A DNA stretch of 64,000 nt from Escherichia phage Killian: the sequence record OQ446694.1. One strand, written 5' to 3'. Positions 47,950 through 57,214 of the stretch are shown here, piece after piece. The position numbers and the translations under genes are program-made. Positions within the stretch are counted from its first letter, which is position 1. Each line of letters starts with the position of its first letter. The notes under the pieces were generated by a model, which ran no database searches, had not been told where the DNA came from, and was given only the letters and a program-made list of their open reading frames with translations.

Positions 47950-48587
47950 TTAGAATCCTTAAATTTACATTTATCATAATGCCATCTTAAAGCATTGCCT
48001 TTATTAACTTTCTTGCCACAATGCGGACAAGGCGGATACTCTGTACCTTGCTTAGTTCTCAAAGAGATCAAATCACGAGTTTCTTTAGTATGAGGAACAT
48101 CTCTTGTCGGAGAGATTGTACCATACATCGGATTAAGCACGCCGACTTTAGCAGCAGCTATATTCTTTTTAGCTTCTTCGGTTTTAGGTTTTCTCATGCG
48201 AGCTAAATGCTCTTTGGTAAATTTCCTTCCTTTAAGAGCTCTACTTATCTTTTCTCTGGTTTCTATAGAAACTTCACGTCCTATAGCAGCTTCAGATAAA
48301 CGTCGTCTACCTAATTCGTATAGTTGAGAAGAAATTTTATATGAGCGATTTTTACCAGTCAAGCACATTAAACCAAAAGCTTTCTTTAATCCTGGCGTGT
48401 CATATATTTTACATAAAAGCCAATGAGCTATAAAATGCTCTCTACCTGTTAATTCAACTAAATTTTCTTTATCATCAGAACCTCCCATACATCTAGGGAT
48501 TATATGATGAGTCTCTTTATATCCTAATAAAGGTTCCCGGGTTTTAGCCCGGGAAATTAAACTATTATATACGTTTTGATAATTCAT
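47946..48587 (-). CDS. mobE: HNH homing endonuclease MobE
   Basis: 213 aa; HNH motif ETHHIIPRCMGGSDDKENLVELTGREHFIAH; located between nrdA and nrdB as T4 mobE. Confidence 0.85.
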   Translation of the reverse strand: MNYQNVYNSLISRAKTREPLLGYKETHHIIPRCMGGSDDKENLVELTGREHFIAHWLLCKIYDTPGLKKAFGLMCLTGKNRSYKISSQLYELGRRRLSEAAIGREVSIETREKISRALKGRKFTKEHLARMRKPKTEEAKKNIAAAKVGVLNPMYGTISPTRDVPHTKETRDLISLRTKQGTEYPPCPHCGKKVNKGNALRWHYDKCKFKDSK

Positions 48588-50851
48588 TACAATTTACACG
48601 CTGCGCAATCTTCAGCTTTTGGAGTTTCTATTTCATAATCATCAGTACCAGAACCATCGCGGGTATTATGATAATAGAAATTTTTTCCGCCAAAATACCA
48701 AAAGTACAAAAGGTCATCAATCATTACAGACATTGGAACCTTTCCTTTTGGAAAAATCTGCGGGTCATAATATGTATTCGCTGAAGCTGATTGACATACC
48801 CATTTCAGCATAATAGCTACCTGCGTAAGATAAGGTTTATTACCTTTCTTAGCTAATTTCCACGTATAATCATAGAGGTCTATGTTATGTTCAATATTGG
48901 GCACGACTTGATTAAAGGAACCCTCTTTTGATTCTTTAACCGAGACTGGTCCACGTGGAGGCTCGATACCGTTTGTGCTGTTAGAAACTTGGGAAGATGA
49001 CTCACATGGCATAAGTGCTGATAATGTGCTATTACGGATGCCAAAGAGCTTAAGGTCTTCCCGCAGCGACGACCAGTCACAAACGTATTTTGGAGCTGCG
49101 ATTTGGTCAATCTTTTTATTGTACCAGTCGATAGGTAATTCGCCTCGAGACCAACGAGTGTCTGAATAATATTCGCAAGGTCCTTTTTCTTTGGCGAGCT
49201 TAATGGATGCTTTAATGAGTCCATACTGCAATCTCTCAAATAGTTCATGTGTTAAATCGTTAGCATCTTCATAAGAAGCAAAGTTACTTGCCAGCCAAGC
49301 TGCATAGTTAGTAACACCTACGCCAAGGTTTCGACGCTTTTTAGCTTTTTCTGCTTCAGGAACTGGATATCCTTGGTAATCCAACAGATTATCAAGAGCG
49401 CGAACTTGAACTTCTGCCAATTCATTAATTTTATCTTGGTCTTGCCAATCGAAGTTATCCAACACAAATGCAGATAACGTGCACAATCCAATTTCAGCAT
49501 CAGGACTATTCACATCATTTGTTGGAATAGCAATTTCACAACACAAGTTACTCTGACGAATAGGTGCCTTTTCACGAATAAACGGAGTATAGTTATTCGT
49601 ATTATCAATGAACTGTACATAAATCCTTGCTGTTCCTGATCGTTCAGTCATGAGCAATTCAAATAGTTCACGGGCTTTAATACGCTTTTTACGAATATTA
49701 GGATCTTTTTCTGCTGCTTCGTATAATTCACGGAAACGGTCTTGGTCTTTAAAATAAGAATAATAAAGTTCGCCACCCATTTCATGCGGACTAAACAAAG
49801 TAATGTAATCGTTCTTTCCGAATCGTTCCATCATTAGGTCATTCAGCTGAACACCATAATCCATATGACGGATACGGTTTTCTTCTACGCCTTTGTTATT
49901 TTTCAAAACGAGAAGATTTTCAACTTCCAAATGCCAAATAGGATAATAAGCAGTAGCAGCGCCGCCACGAATTCCGCCCTGTGAACATGATTTAACAGCA
50001 GTCTGAAAATGTTTCCAAAAAGGAATAACACCAGTATGACGCACTTCACCTGTGCCAATCTTAGAACCTTCGGCACGAATCATACCAACGTTAATACCAG
50101 TTCCAGCGCGTTTGGAGATATATTCAACAATTGAAGCAGAAGCTTTGTTAATAGACTTCAGCGAATCACCTGCTTCAATAACAACGCATGAACTAAACTG
50201 CCGAGTTGGAGTACGGCAACCAGCCATAATAGGAGTTGGTAATGAAATCTGTCGAGTAGATACTGCTTCATAAAAACGAATAACATGTTTTAATCTATCA
50301 ACAGGTTCATCTTGATGCAGTGCCATTCCAATAGTCATAAATGCAAACTGCGGAGTTTCATAAATTTGACCAGTGGTTTTATCTTTAACTAGATATTTTT
50401 CTTTTAATTGCATTGCCCCGGAATAAGTAAATTCCATATCCCGCTCATGCTTAATTTTTGATTCTAAAAATGTAATTTCTTCGGCAGAATATTTTGACAA
50501 CAATTCAGGGTCGTATTTACCTTCATTTACACAGTAAGAAATATGGTCAATAAATGAACGGGGCTCATACTGCCCGTAAACATGCTTACGAAGAGCGAAC
50601 ATTAAACAGCGTGCAGCTACATATTGATAATCAGGCTCTTCAACTGAAATAGAATTCGCGGCAGCCTTAATTACAATAGTTTGAATGTCATCAGTGGTCA
50701 TTCCATCACGGAGATATGATTTAATATTTTCATATAATTCATAAGGATCTACAGATGTTCCTTCAGCTGCCCAAGATAAAACTTTAATAATTTTTTGCGG
50801 GTCAAAGCTCTGAGAAACACCACTACTTTTGATAACATTAATTAATTGCAT
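48587..50851 (-). CDS. nrdA: Ribonucleotide reductase large subunit
   Basis: 754 aa, same as T4 NrdA; class I RNR motifs. Confidence 0.95.
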   Translation of the reverse strand: MQLINVIKSSGVSQSFDPQKIIKVLSWAAEGTSVDPYELYENIKSYLRDGMTTDDIQTIVIKAAANSISVEEPDYQYVAARCLMFALRKHVYGQYEPRSFIDHISYCVNEGKYDPELLSKYSAEEITFLESKIKHERDMEFTYSGAMQLKEKYLVKDKTTGQIYETPQFAFMTIGMALHQDEPVDRLKHVIRFYEAVSTRQISLPTPIMAGCRTPTRQFSSCVVIEAGDSLKSINKASASIVEYISKRAGTGINVGMIRAEGSKIGTGEVRHTGVIPFWKHFQTAVKSCSQGGIRGGAATAYYPIWHLEVENLLVLKNNKGVEENRIRHMDYGVQLNDLMMERFGKNDYITLFSPHEMGGELYYSYFKDQDRFRELYEAAEKDPNIRKKRIKARELFELLMTERSGTARIYVQFIDNTNNYTPFIREKAPIRQSNLCCEIAIPTNDVNSPDAEIGLCTLSAFVLDNFDWQDQDKINELAEVQVRALDNLLDYQGYPVPEAEKAKKRRNLGVGVTNYAAWLASNFASYEDANDLTHELFERLQYGLIKASIKLAKEKGPCEYYSDTRWSRGELPIDWYNKKIDQIAAPKYVCDWSSLREDLKLFGIRNSTLSALMPCESSSQVSNSTNGIEPPRGPVSVKESKEGSFNQVVPNIEHNIDLYDYTWKLAKKGNKPYLTQVAIMLKWVCQSASANTYYDPQIFPKGKVPMSVMIDDLLYFWYFGGKNFYYHNTRDGSGTDDYEIETPKAEDCAACKL

Positions 50852-51168
50852 AAGTCCTCAACTTGAAAATCGTCTTTAAACAATCGGTTAACTATATGAG
50901 CTATTATATCACCATGACACGGCTTTGGTTTACATGTGCATCCTAGCCTCATTCCACGTAAAGGCTCTAAATGTGCTTTAGTTATTTCTCCGGATTTAAT
51001 TCGACGTATAAAATCTTTTTTGAATAATTCAATGGCAGCCTCCCGGCTGCCAGCATCTTTACCGACGTAATTTCCCCAAAATGTACCACGGTGAATATTA
51101 ACATCAAAGTCGGATTTATATTTATTCACTACCTGGCATAGACGGCCCGCGCGGTGATAATTCGTCAT
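50842..51168 (-). CDS. Hypothetical protein (nrdA.1 position)
   Basis: 108-aa ORF with C-terminal [11 protein letters not shown]. Confidence 0.6.
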   Translation of the reverse strand: MTNYHRAGRLCQVVNKYKSDFDVNIHRGTFWGNYVGKDAGSREAAIELFKKDFIRRIKSGEITKAHLEPLRGMRLGCTCKPKPCHGDIIAHIVNRLFKDDFQVEDLCN

Positions 51169-51385
51169 ATTGTTTTTCCGTTAAAACAGTAATATCATAG
51201 TAACAATCTGAAGAAGTTTTAACTGTAGAAATTTTATTATCAAAATACTCACGAGTCATTTTATGAGTATAATATTTTTTGCCGTAAATGATAATAGGCT
51301 GATTTGGTCCTGGAACTTCTAACTCACTTGGGTTAGGAAGTGTAAAAAGAACTGCACCAGAAGTATCTTTAAATCGTAAAATCAT
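51122..51385 (-). CDS. Hypothetical protein (nrdA.2 position)
   Basis: 87-aa ORF. Confidence 0.5.
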   Translation of the reverse strand: MILRFKDTSGAVLFTLPNPSELEVPGPNQPIIIYGKKYYTHKMTREYFDNKISTVKTSSDCYYDITVLTEKQYDELSPRGPSMPGSE

Positions 51386-51408
51386 ATATCCTCACAATTG
51401 ATAATTAA

Positions 51409-52269
51409 TTACACCGCCATTTTTCCTTTAATAGGAGGGTGTGATTCGTAACCTTTAAGAACGAAATCTTTAGGCCTGAGTTTAAGAACATATTCCAATT
51501 GTTCTTTAGTAGAAAGATAGCGGAATTTATAAGGCAATCCGCCTATTACCAGTTCACAAAGCTCTTTAGGTTCACGACGTAAAATTTCTTTACATTGTTC
51601 TACGTGATTCATATAGATATGAGTATTACCACCAGAAAATATCAAATCTCCTGGAATAAGATTACACATCTTAGCTACAATATGAACTAACGCAGCATAT
51701 GATGCAATATTAAATGGAAGACCGAGGAAAACATCTACTGATCGTTGATACCACTGCAAATCCAAATAGCCATTACGCACATTAAACTGATAGAACATAT
51801 GACAAGGCGGTAATGCCATATATTTAAGTTCAGCTGGATTCCATGCTGAAACAATTTGACGTCTATCATTTGGCAGTTTTTTAATACGATTAACAACTTC
51901 TACAATTTGGTCTACACCGCCAAAATCACGCCATTGTTTTCCATAAATTGGACCAAGTTCACCGCTATGATATCCTAAATCTTTTGCTTGATTTTCGTAA
52001 TTTTCGTCCCAGACTGTTTTGCCTTGAATTAATGAATCATGCTGAATTAATCGTAAATCATTGACATTTGTGCTTCCTGATAAAAACCAAAGTAGCTCAG
52101 CAATGCAAGCTTTCCAGGCGAGCTTCTTAGTTGTTACTGCAGGAAAACCTTTACTTAAATCCCAACGTAATTTAGTACCGAACAAAGCAATTGTTCCTGT
52201 GCCTGTTCGGTCATCAGTTTCATAGCCATTTTCAAAAATGTCTTTAATTAAATCTTGGTATTGTTTCAT
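51409..52269 (-). CDS. td: Thymidylate synthase, intron-less
   Basis: 286 aa continuous ORF, equal to the spliced T4 Td length; no group I intron. Confidence 0.95.
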   Translation of the reverse strand: MKQYQDLIKDIFENGYETDDRTGTGTIALFGTKLRWDLSKGFPAVTTKKLAWKACIAELLWFLSGSTNVNDLRLIQHDSLIQGKTVWDENYENQAKDLGYHSGELGPIYGKQWRDFGGVDQIVEVVNRIKKLPNDRRQIVSAWNPAELKYMALPPCHMFYQFNVRNGYLDLQWYQRSVDVFLGLPFNIASYAALVHIVAKMCNLIPGDLIFSGGNTHIYMNHVEQCKEILRREPKELCELVIGGLPYKFRYLSTKEQLEYVLKLRPKDFVLKGYESHPPIKGKMAV

Positions 52270-52314
52270 TTAGTACCTTATATAAATTATAATACATTTT
52301 ATGAAGCTAAATAA

Positions 52315-52665
52315 TCAATACGGTTTAGCGTCAAATTTTCTTTCAATTTCAGGCGTAAAATACAATTCTTTACCACGCTTGGAAAAGCGACCAATAATAT
52401 GATAATTATTCTCATCAAACGTGATATTGCCAATATCCATAGCTTTCAACCAAATATCGATATTTCTATCCAGCTTTATATCAAAATTCCAATACGGAGA
52501 ACTATTACCAAAAATACTGCAAGCGGATTCAGTGCAATAACTGCTGCTATAAATCTTGTCTTTGGGAACTACTAATTGATAGACGCCTTTAATAAACTGA
52601 GGACCCTGCCATTTTGGTTGTTTCGCGTCTTTTTCTAATAGAATAGGGTAATAATTAAAGTTCAT
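52315..52665 (-). CDS. Hypothetical protein between frd and td (absent from this position in T4)
   Basis: 116 aa from the ATG (120 aa from upstream GTG); no recognised motif. Confidence 0.55.
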   Translation of the reverse strand: MNFNYYPILLEKDAKQPKWQGPQFIKGVYQLVVPKDKIYSSSYCTESACSIFGNSSPYWNFDIKLDRNIDIWLKAMDIGNITFDENNYHIIGRFSKRGKELYFTPEIERKFDAKPY

Positions 52666-52685
52666 ATTTTCCGCCACGCGTTATT

Positions 52686-53270
<585 letters not shown>

Positions 53271-53513
53271 TCAAAACCCCCTTTCAATAAACCATTCAGT
53301 GGCTTTATTAGCATCAAAGAATAATTCTTCATATGTCTTTTCTTTGTTTTCAAAGACTGTCACACAAACGCGTTGACATTCTCCGCAGTATTCTTCTGAC
53401 ATACTCAAAGCGTCAGAAAACATTTCATTAAATTCATTTAAATCAGGATTATACAAAGCGTTAAAAATTGCATAATCGAATTCATCATTCATAAATTCAA
53501 ATACAAAAATCAT
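53271..53513 (-). CDS. Hypothetical protein (frd.1 position)
   Basis: 80-aa ORF. Confidence 0.5.
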   Translation of the reverse strand: MIFVFEFMNDEFDYAIFNALYNPDLNEFNEMFSDALSMSEEYCGECQRVCVTVFENKEKTYEELFFDANKATEWFIERGF

Positions 53514-53521
53514 ATTATCTC

Positions 53522-53857
53522 CTAATATAAAGGATCGGGAACATATCCACTGGCTTTAATCATTTTAATTAACGTTAACATTCCTTTATTAACTGCTCGT
53601 GAGATTTCATCAAAAACTTCATCACTAAAAAGTTCTAACACACCCTTCTGAACTTTTAATTTACATCCAACAATTTCGTCATCACCTATAGTAAATTCGT
53701 TTCCGCCAATTCCACCGAAAAACTTAATTACGCCAGTTAACTGTCTTCCACGAGAATATGGGTCGTGTGATAAAGTAATATGAGTCACCCCAGGTACAGT
53801 TTTAAATTGGCAGCGGATATTTACTTGGGCAATTCCAGTTACGTGAATGTCAGACAT
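53522..53857 (-). CDS. Hypothetical protein (frd.2 position)
   Basis: 111-aa ORF. Confidence 0.5.
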   Translation of the reverse strand: MSDIHVTGIAQVNIRCQFKTVPGVTHITLSHDPYSRGRQLTGVIKFFGGIGGNEFTIGDDEIVGCKLKVQKGVLELFSDEVFDEISRAVNKGMLTLIKMIKASGYVPDPLY

Positions 53858-53867
53858 AATATTTTCC

Positions 53868-54110
53868 TCAAACAGACTTTTTCACAATTTTCCAATCAGC
53901 TTTAAACTGATTGACGTCAGAATGGTAAATCCAGAATCCTGCGCTTTCTCCATCCTCATAAAGAGGGCATCCATCGCATTCATCTTCCCATCCCATATCA
54001 CGTAAAAGTTGTTCAGCTTTTTCAACAAGTTCAGAATCTTTACCGATGATATTAAAATACCACTTACCTCTAACTTCTGAATCTTTAATGCTCTGACGTT
54101 GTAATCTCAT
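53868..54110 (-). CDS. Hypothetical protein (frd.3 position)
   Basis: 80-aa ORF. Confidence 0.5.
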   Translation of the reverse strand: MRLQRQSIKDSEVRGKWYFNIIGKDSELVEKAEQLLRDMGWEDECDGCPLYEDGESAGFWIYHSDVNQFKADWKIVKKSV

Positions 54111-54164
54111 TTTATTCTCCTTAGTTGATAGGGTAATAGTATCACACTACTACCCTGCTGTAAA

Positions 54165-54545
54165 CTACTTTTTGAAAGTTTTTCGCAAAAGTTCAATGAT
54201 TTCATCTACATTGTTTTCGTCTACAATGCAGTGAATTTTTGTTACGCCAGAAATCTTGTCTTCGACTTCATCTTCTTCAGAAGTCGGTTCTTTATACTCA
54301 CGAAAACAATGAAATTCGTCTTCGCAAATTTCTAAAAGTCTATCTTTGAGATAAAAATGCTTTCCATTTGCGCATTCAATGTGTTTTACTGCTTTGTATC
54401 CATTGGCGACGGAAACTTCTTTAACTTCAAACCATCCGCCATTATCTCGAATAGCTTTAACTATTGATGAATTAGAACGTGGACTATAATCAATAAATGT
54501 ATCAATAAGTCTTGGAACAAGTTCATACTTTCTACCAGTATACAT
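54165..54545 (-). CDS. Hypothetical protein
   Basis: 126-aa ORF with acidic patch. Confidence 0.5.
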   Translation of the reverse strand: MYTGRKYELVPRLIDTFIDYSPRSNSSIVKAIRDNGGWFEVKEVSVANGYKAVKHIECANGKHFYLKDRLLEICEDEFHCFREYKEPTSEEDEVEDKISGVTKIHCIVDENNVDEIIELLRKTFKK

Positions 54546-54588
54546 TACGTTTTCCTCATTTTAACGGGGCTTGATAGCCCCTTAATAA

Positions 54589-54816
54589 TTATTGTTCGAT
54601 CAGTCCCATATAAAATTCTGCATCTTCAGAATCCATGCCATCACAGTATTCATTAGCCATAAAGCGGGTGAGGTCTTCAAGAGGACCTTCAATAACGATT
54701 TGAATACTCCAAAACTTAGAATCTTGTACATTTGTGATTATAAGTTCAGGATAACGATTACGAATAATTTCTTCAATATATTCAAAATCAACGATGTCAA
54801 TATCAACTTTAGCCAT
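54589..54816 (-). CDS. Hypothetical small acidic protein
   Basis: 75 aa from the internal ATG preceded by AAGAGGAAA; the longer track start (54942) would include the gene 32 terminator. Confidence 0.5.
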   Translation of the reverse strand: MAKVDIDIVDFEYIEEIIRNRYPELIITNVQDSKFWSIQIVIEGPLEDLTRFMANEYCDGMDSEDAEFYMGLIEQ

Positions 54817-54910
54817 GTTATTTTCCTCTTTAATCATCAGCAGTATTGCCGATAGTTGTATAGTACCATAGAAGAACAGAGATGTAAACAGTTTTGTGAA
54901 AAAAATTTTG

Positions 54911-54940
54911 AAATAAAAAAAGGGGACCTCTAGGGTCCCC
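54911..54940 (-). terminator. Rho-independent terminator GGGGACC-TCTA-GGGTCCCC plus U-tract after gene 32
   Basis: 7 to 8-bp GC stem; plus-strand AAATAAAAAA gives a U-run after the hairpin on the minus strand. Confidence 0.7.
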
Positions 54941-54962
54941 AATTAATTAGTAATATAATCTA

Positions 54963-55871
54963 TTAAAGGTCATTCAAAAGGTCATCCAGGTCCGTGTCAT
55001 CAGCACTAGATGAACTGCCAGAGCTTGAGCTCATAAAATCATCTTCAGTTTTTGTTTTGAAGTCATCAACATTGAATGCATCCAAATCATCAGCAACTTT
55101 ATCAGCTTTCTTAGCAGCAGTTGCAGCGGCACCACCCATAGCAGCAGTTCCCATAACTTGACTGAACTTAGTGCTCAGTTCTTCAAACGATTTGAATTTA
55201 TCTTTAGAAGTCATTTCAGAAAGGTCAACCATTTGTTCGAACAGTTCTTTCTGGAAAGATTCATCATCAATGTTTGGAATCGCAGATTGATTCAGGAATT
55301 TAGATTCGTCGTAGTTACTAAAACCAGAAACTTGTTTAACTTTCAGTACAAAGTTAGCACCTTCCCACGGACAAGTTACATCAACCGGAGTTTCACCCAT
55401 TTCAACATCAACTGCAATCATTGCATTGATTTTATCCCAGATTTTCTTACCGAAACGGTATTTAAATACTTTACCTTCATTTTCTGGAGCAGCTGGGTCT
55501 TTTACTACAAGAATGTTAGCCCAGTAAGAAGTTTTACGTTTAACAAGACCATACTCTTTATTGTCAGTGTTGTACAAATCATTTTTACTGATGTACTGAC
55601 ATACTGGGCAAGAATCGTAATCACCGTGGGTAGATGAACAGTTTTCAATATACCATTTACCATTTTTCTTGAAACCGTGATTTACAAGAATTGCGAATGG
55701 TGCTTGTTCATCATTTTTAGACGGAAGAAAACGAATTACTGCTTGACCGTTACCCGCATTATCGAGTTTCAGTTTCCACTCGCCTTTATCTTCAGAAGAA
55801 AAACCACCTTTATTTCCAGCCAGTTTAGCCATTTGTGCAGCGAGTTCAGCAGTAGATTTACGTTTAAACAT
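54963..55871 (-). CDS. 32: Single-stranded DNA-binding protein gp32
   Basis: 302 aa; matches T4 gp32 including zinc-binding region and acidic C-terminal tail. Confidence 0.97.
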   Translation of the reverse strand: MFKRKSTAELAAQMAKLAGNKGGFSSEDKGEWKLKLDNAGNGQAVIRFLPSKNDEQAPFAILVNHGFKKNGKWYIENCSSTHGDYDSCPVCQYISKNDLYNTDNKEYGLVKRKTSYWANILVVKDPAAPENEGKVFKYRFGKKIWDKINAMIAVDVEMGETPVDVTCPWEGANFVLKVKQVSGFSNYDESKFLNQSAIPNIDDESFQKELFEQMVDLSEMTSKDKFKSFEELSTKFSQVMGTAAMGGAAATAAKKADKVADDLDAFNVDDFKTKTEDDFMSSSSGSSSSADDTDLDDLLNDL

Positions 55872-55950
55872 TTTTATTTCCTTTTTAATTTAATTAACAG
55901 TTGGTGCTATGACGATGTATGACCTCATAGCTGGTCAGTGAGATAATTAT
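55872..55950 (-). promoter_or_regulatory. Gene 32 mRNA leader with autoregulatory translational operator
   Basis: Minus-strand leader ends ...UUAAUUAAAUUAAAAAGGAAAUAAAAAUG, preceded by a GC-containing structured segment, as in the T4 gene 32 leader. Confidence 0.5.
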
Positions 55951-55954
55951 AATC

Positions 55955-55962
55955 TATTTATA
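55955..55962 (-). promoter_or_regulatory. Late promoter TATAAATA (minus strand) upstream of gene 32
   Basis: Plus-strand TATTTATA between the gene 59 stop and gene 32. Confidence 0.45.
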
Positions 55963-55970
55963 ATAAGCAA

Positions 55971-56624
55971 TTAGTACTTACAAGATTTCACAGTTTCAAT
56001 AAAAACATTTTTAGCTTTCTGTGAATCAATATTTAAAATTTTTCTATAAGCCTTTAACTTTATAGAATAATTATTCCAGACTAAATTATCAGTCTGTTCA
56101 TCATGTTTATCGATTATATTTAAAAACGAATCAAGCAAGATAAACGTCTCAAACGAAATTATATTCGATTGAAGTAGTTTAAAAATATAACTTGATTGAA
56201 CTTTTGGATTATATTCAAAAATTTCTTTAAAAGCAGAAACTTCAACTTTTTTACTAAAATAGTAAATATTGCGAATATCTTCTTCAAACTTAAATTTAAT
56301 TTGCTTTAAGCGTCCGATATATTCACGATAAAACACAAGTGCATCAGCGTCAGAAATGTCACCAATCCAAGCATCCTGGTTAGCAACAAGATTGCTTATA
56401 AAGATTAAAGCAAGTTCCTTTAATTTATATTTTTCTGATAACTTCTGGAAAAAATACTTATCCCTTCGCTTTTGATAAGCGGCATCAGACACCCGCATGC
56501 ACCAATTATACTTAATTACATCATACTTTCCATTCATATGTTGTTTTATCATTAAGTATAATTTATAAACTGATTTACCATCAATATATCTTTCACCACC
56601 AGCAGGCATGCGGAGTTTAATCAT
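55971..56624 (-). CDS. 59: Helicase loader gp59
   Basis: 217 aa, same as T4 gp59. Confidence 0.9.
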   Translation of the reverse strand: MIKLRMPAGGERYIDGKSVYKLYLMIKQHMNGKYDVIKYNWCMRVSDAAYQKRRDKYFFQKLSEKYKLKELALIFISNLVANQDAWIGDISDADALVFYREYIGRLKQIKFKFEEDIRNIYYFSKKVEVSAFKEIFEYNPKVQSSYIFKLLQSNIISFETFILLDSFLNIIDKHDEQTDNLVWNNYSIKLKAYRKILNIDSQKAKNVFIETVKSCKY

Positions 56625-56959
56625 AGTAGAAAATCTAATGTATTAGTTTTTTCACAGCGAACAACAGAAGGACGTAAAAGATTTTCGTCAATAGCTTCTG
56701 ACTGAATTTTTTCAATTATACCCGAAGGAATAAATTTAGCAAATTGAGTTTCAGGAATAGAATTTTCTTCCAAGAATGCTGTTGTAGCTTCAAGATAACT
56801 CATTCCAAACTCTTCTACCATTTTTTCGATAATAAATCCATTTTCTTGGCGGTCAAGAAGCTTTGCTATTTCATCCTTTTCTTTCTTAATTGAAAGTTCT
56901 TTTTCTGAAAGACCGGTCTCATCGACCGGACGAATATCATTTAGAGAAAACTGTGTCAT
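56621..56959 (-). CDS. 33: Late transcription co-activator gp33
   Basis: 112 aa from the Met that matches the T4 gp33 N-terminus MTQFSLNDIRP. Confidence 0.9.
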   Translation of the reverse strand: MTQFSLNDIRPVDETGLSEKELSIKKEKDEIAKLLDRQENGFIIEKMVEEFGMSYLEATTAFLEENSIPETQFAKFIPSGIIEKIQSEAIDENLLRPSVVRCEKTNTLDFLL

Positions 56960-57206
56960 AAAGTTCAACTACCTCTTCAGTTTCAGCTTCAAACACATCA
57001 CGGTTATCTTTATGATACAAAGCTAAAAGACGATTAAACATCTTACCATCAACGCCAAGTTCATCTTTAGCGCGAATTCGAATATCTTTAATCAATTCAT
57101 TATAACCAGAAATTTTCAGTTTATGATCAGATGCTTCTTTGATAAATTTGGCCAAGTCTTCGCCATGGATAGCTTCATCAAATTCAACCATTTCTTTTTT
57201 AGCCAT
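56937..57206 (-). CDS. dsbA: dsDNA-binding protein DsbA
   Basis: 89 aa; position between 33 and rnh. Confidence 0.85.
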   Translation of the reverse strand: MAKKEMVEFDEAIHGEDLAKFIKEASDHKLKISGYNELIKDIRIRAKDELGVDGKMFNRLLALYHKDNRDVFEAETEEVVELYDTVFSK

Positions 57207-57214
57207 TATTCACC

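Noticed and set aside
51409-52269. Possible group I intron and intron-encoded endonuclease in td (and in nrdB)
   Set aside because: Both genes are uninterrupted ORFs of full expected length; no intron-like insertion or internal endonuclease ORF.
54817-54942. Longer 117-aa start for the ORF upstream of gene 32
   Set aside because: The extension is hydrophobic low-complexity, has no RBS and would include the gene 32 terminator; the internal ATG has a strong RBS.
55158-55922. Plus-strand ORFs (159 and 81 aa) overlapping gene 32
   Set aside because: Antisense to gp32, which is near-identical to T4; Phe/Ile-rich composition typical of AT-rich antisense frames.
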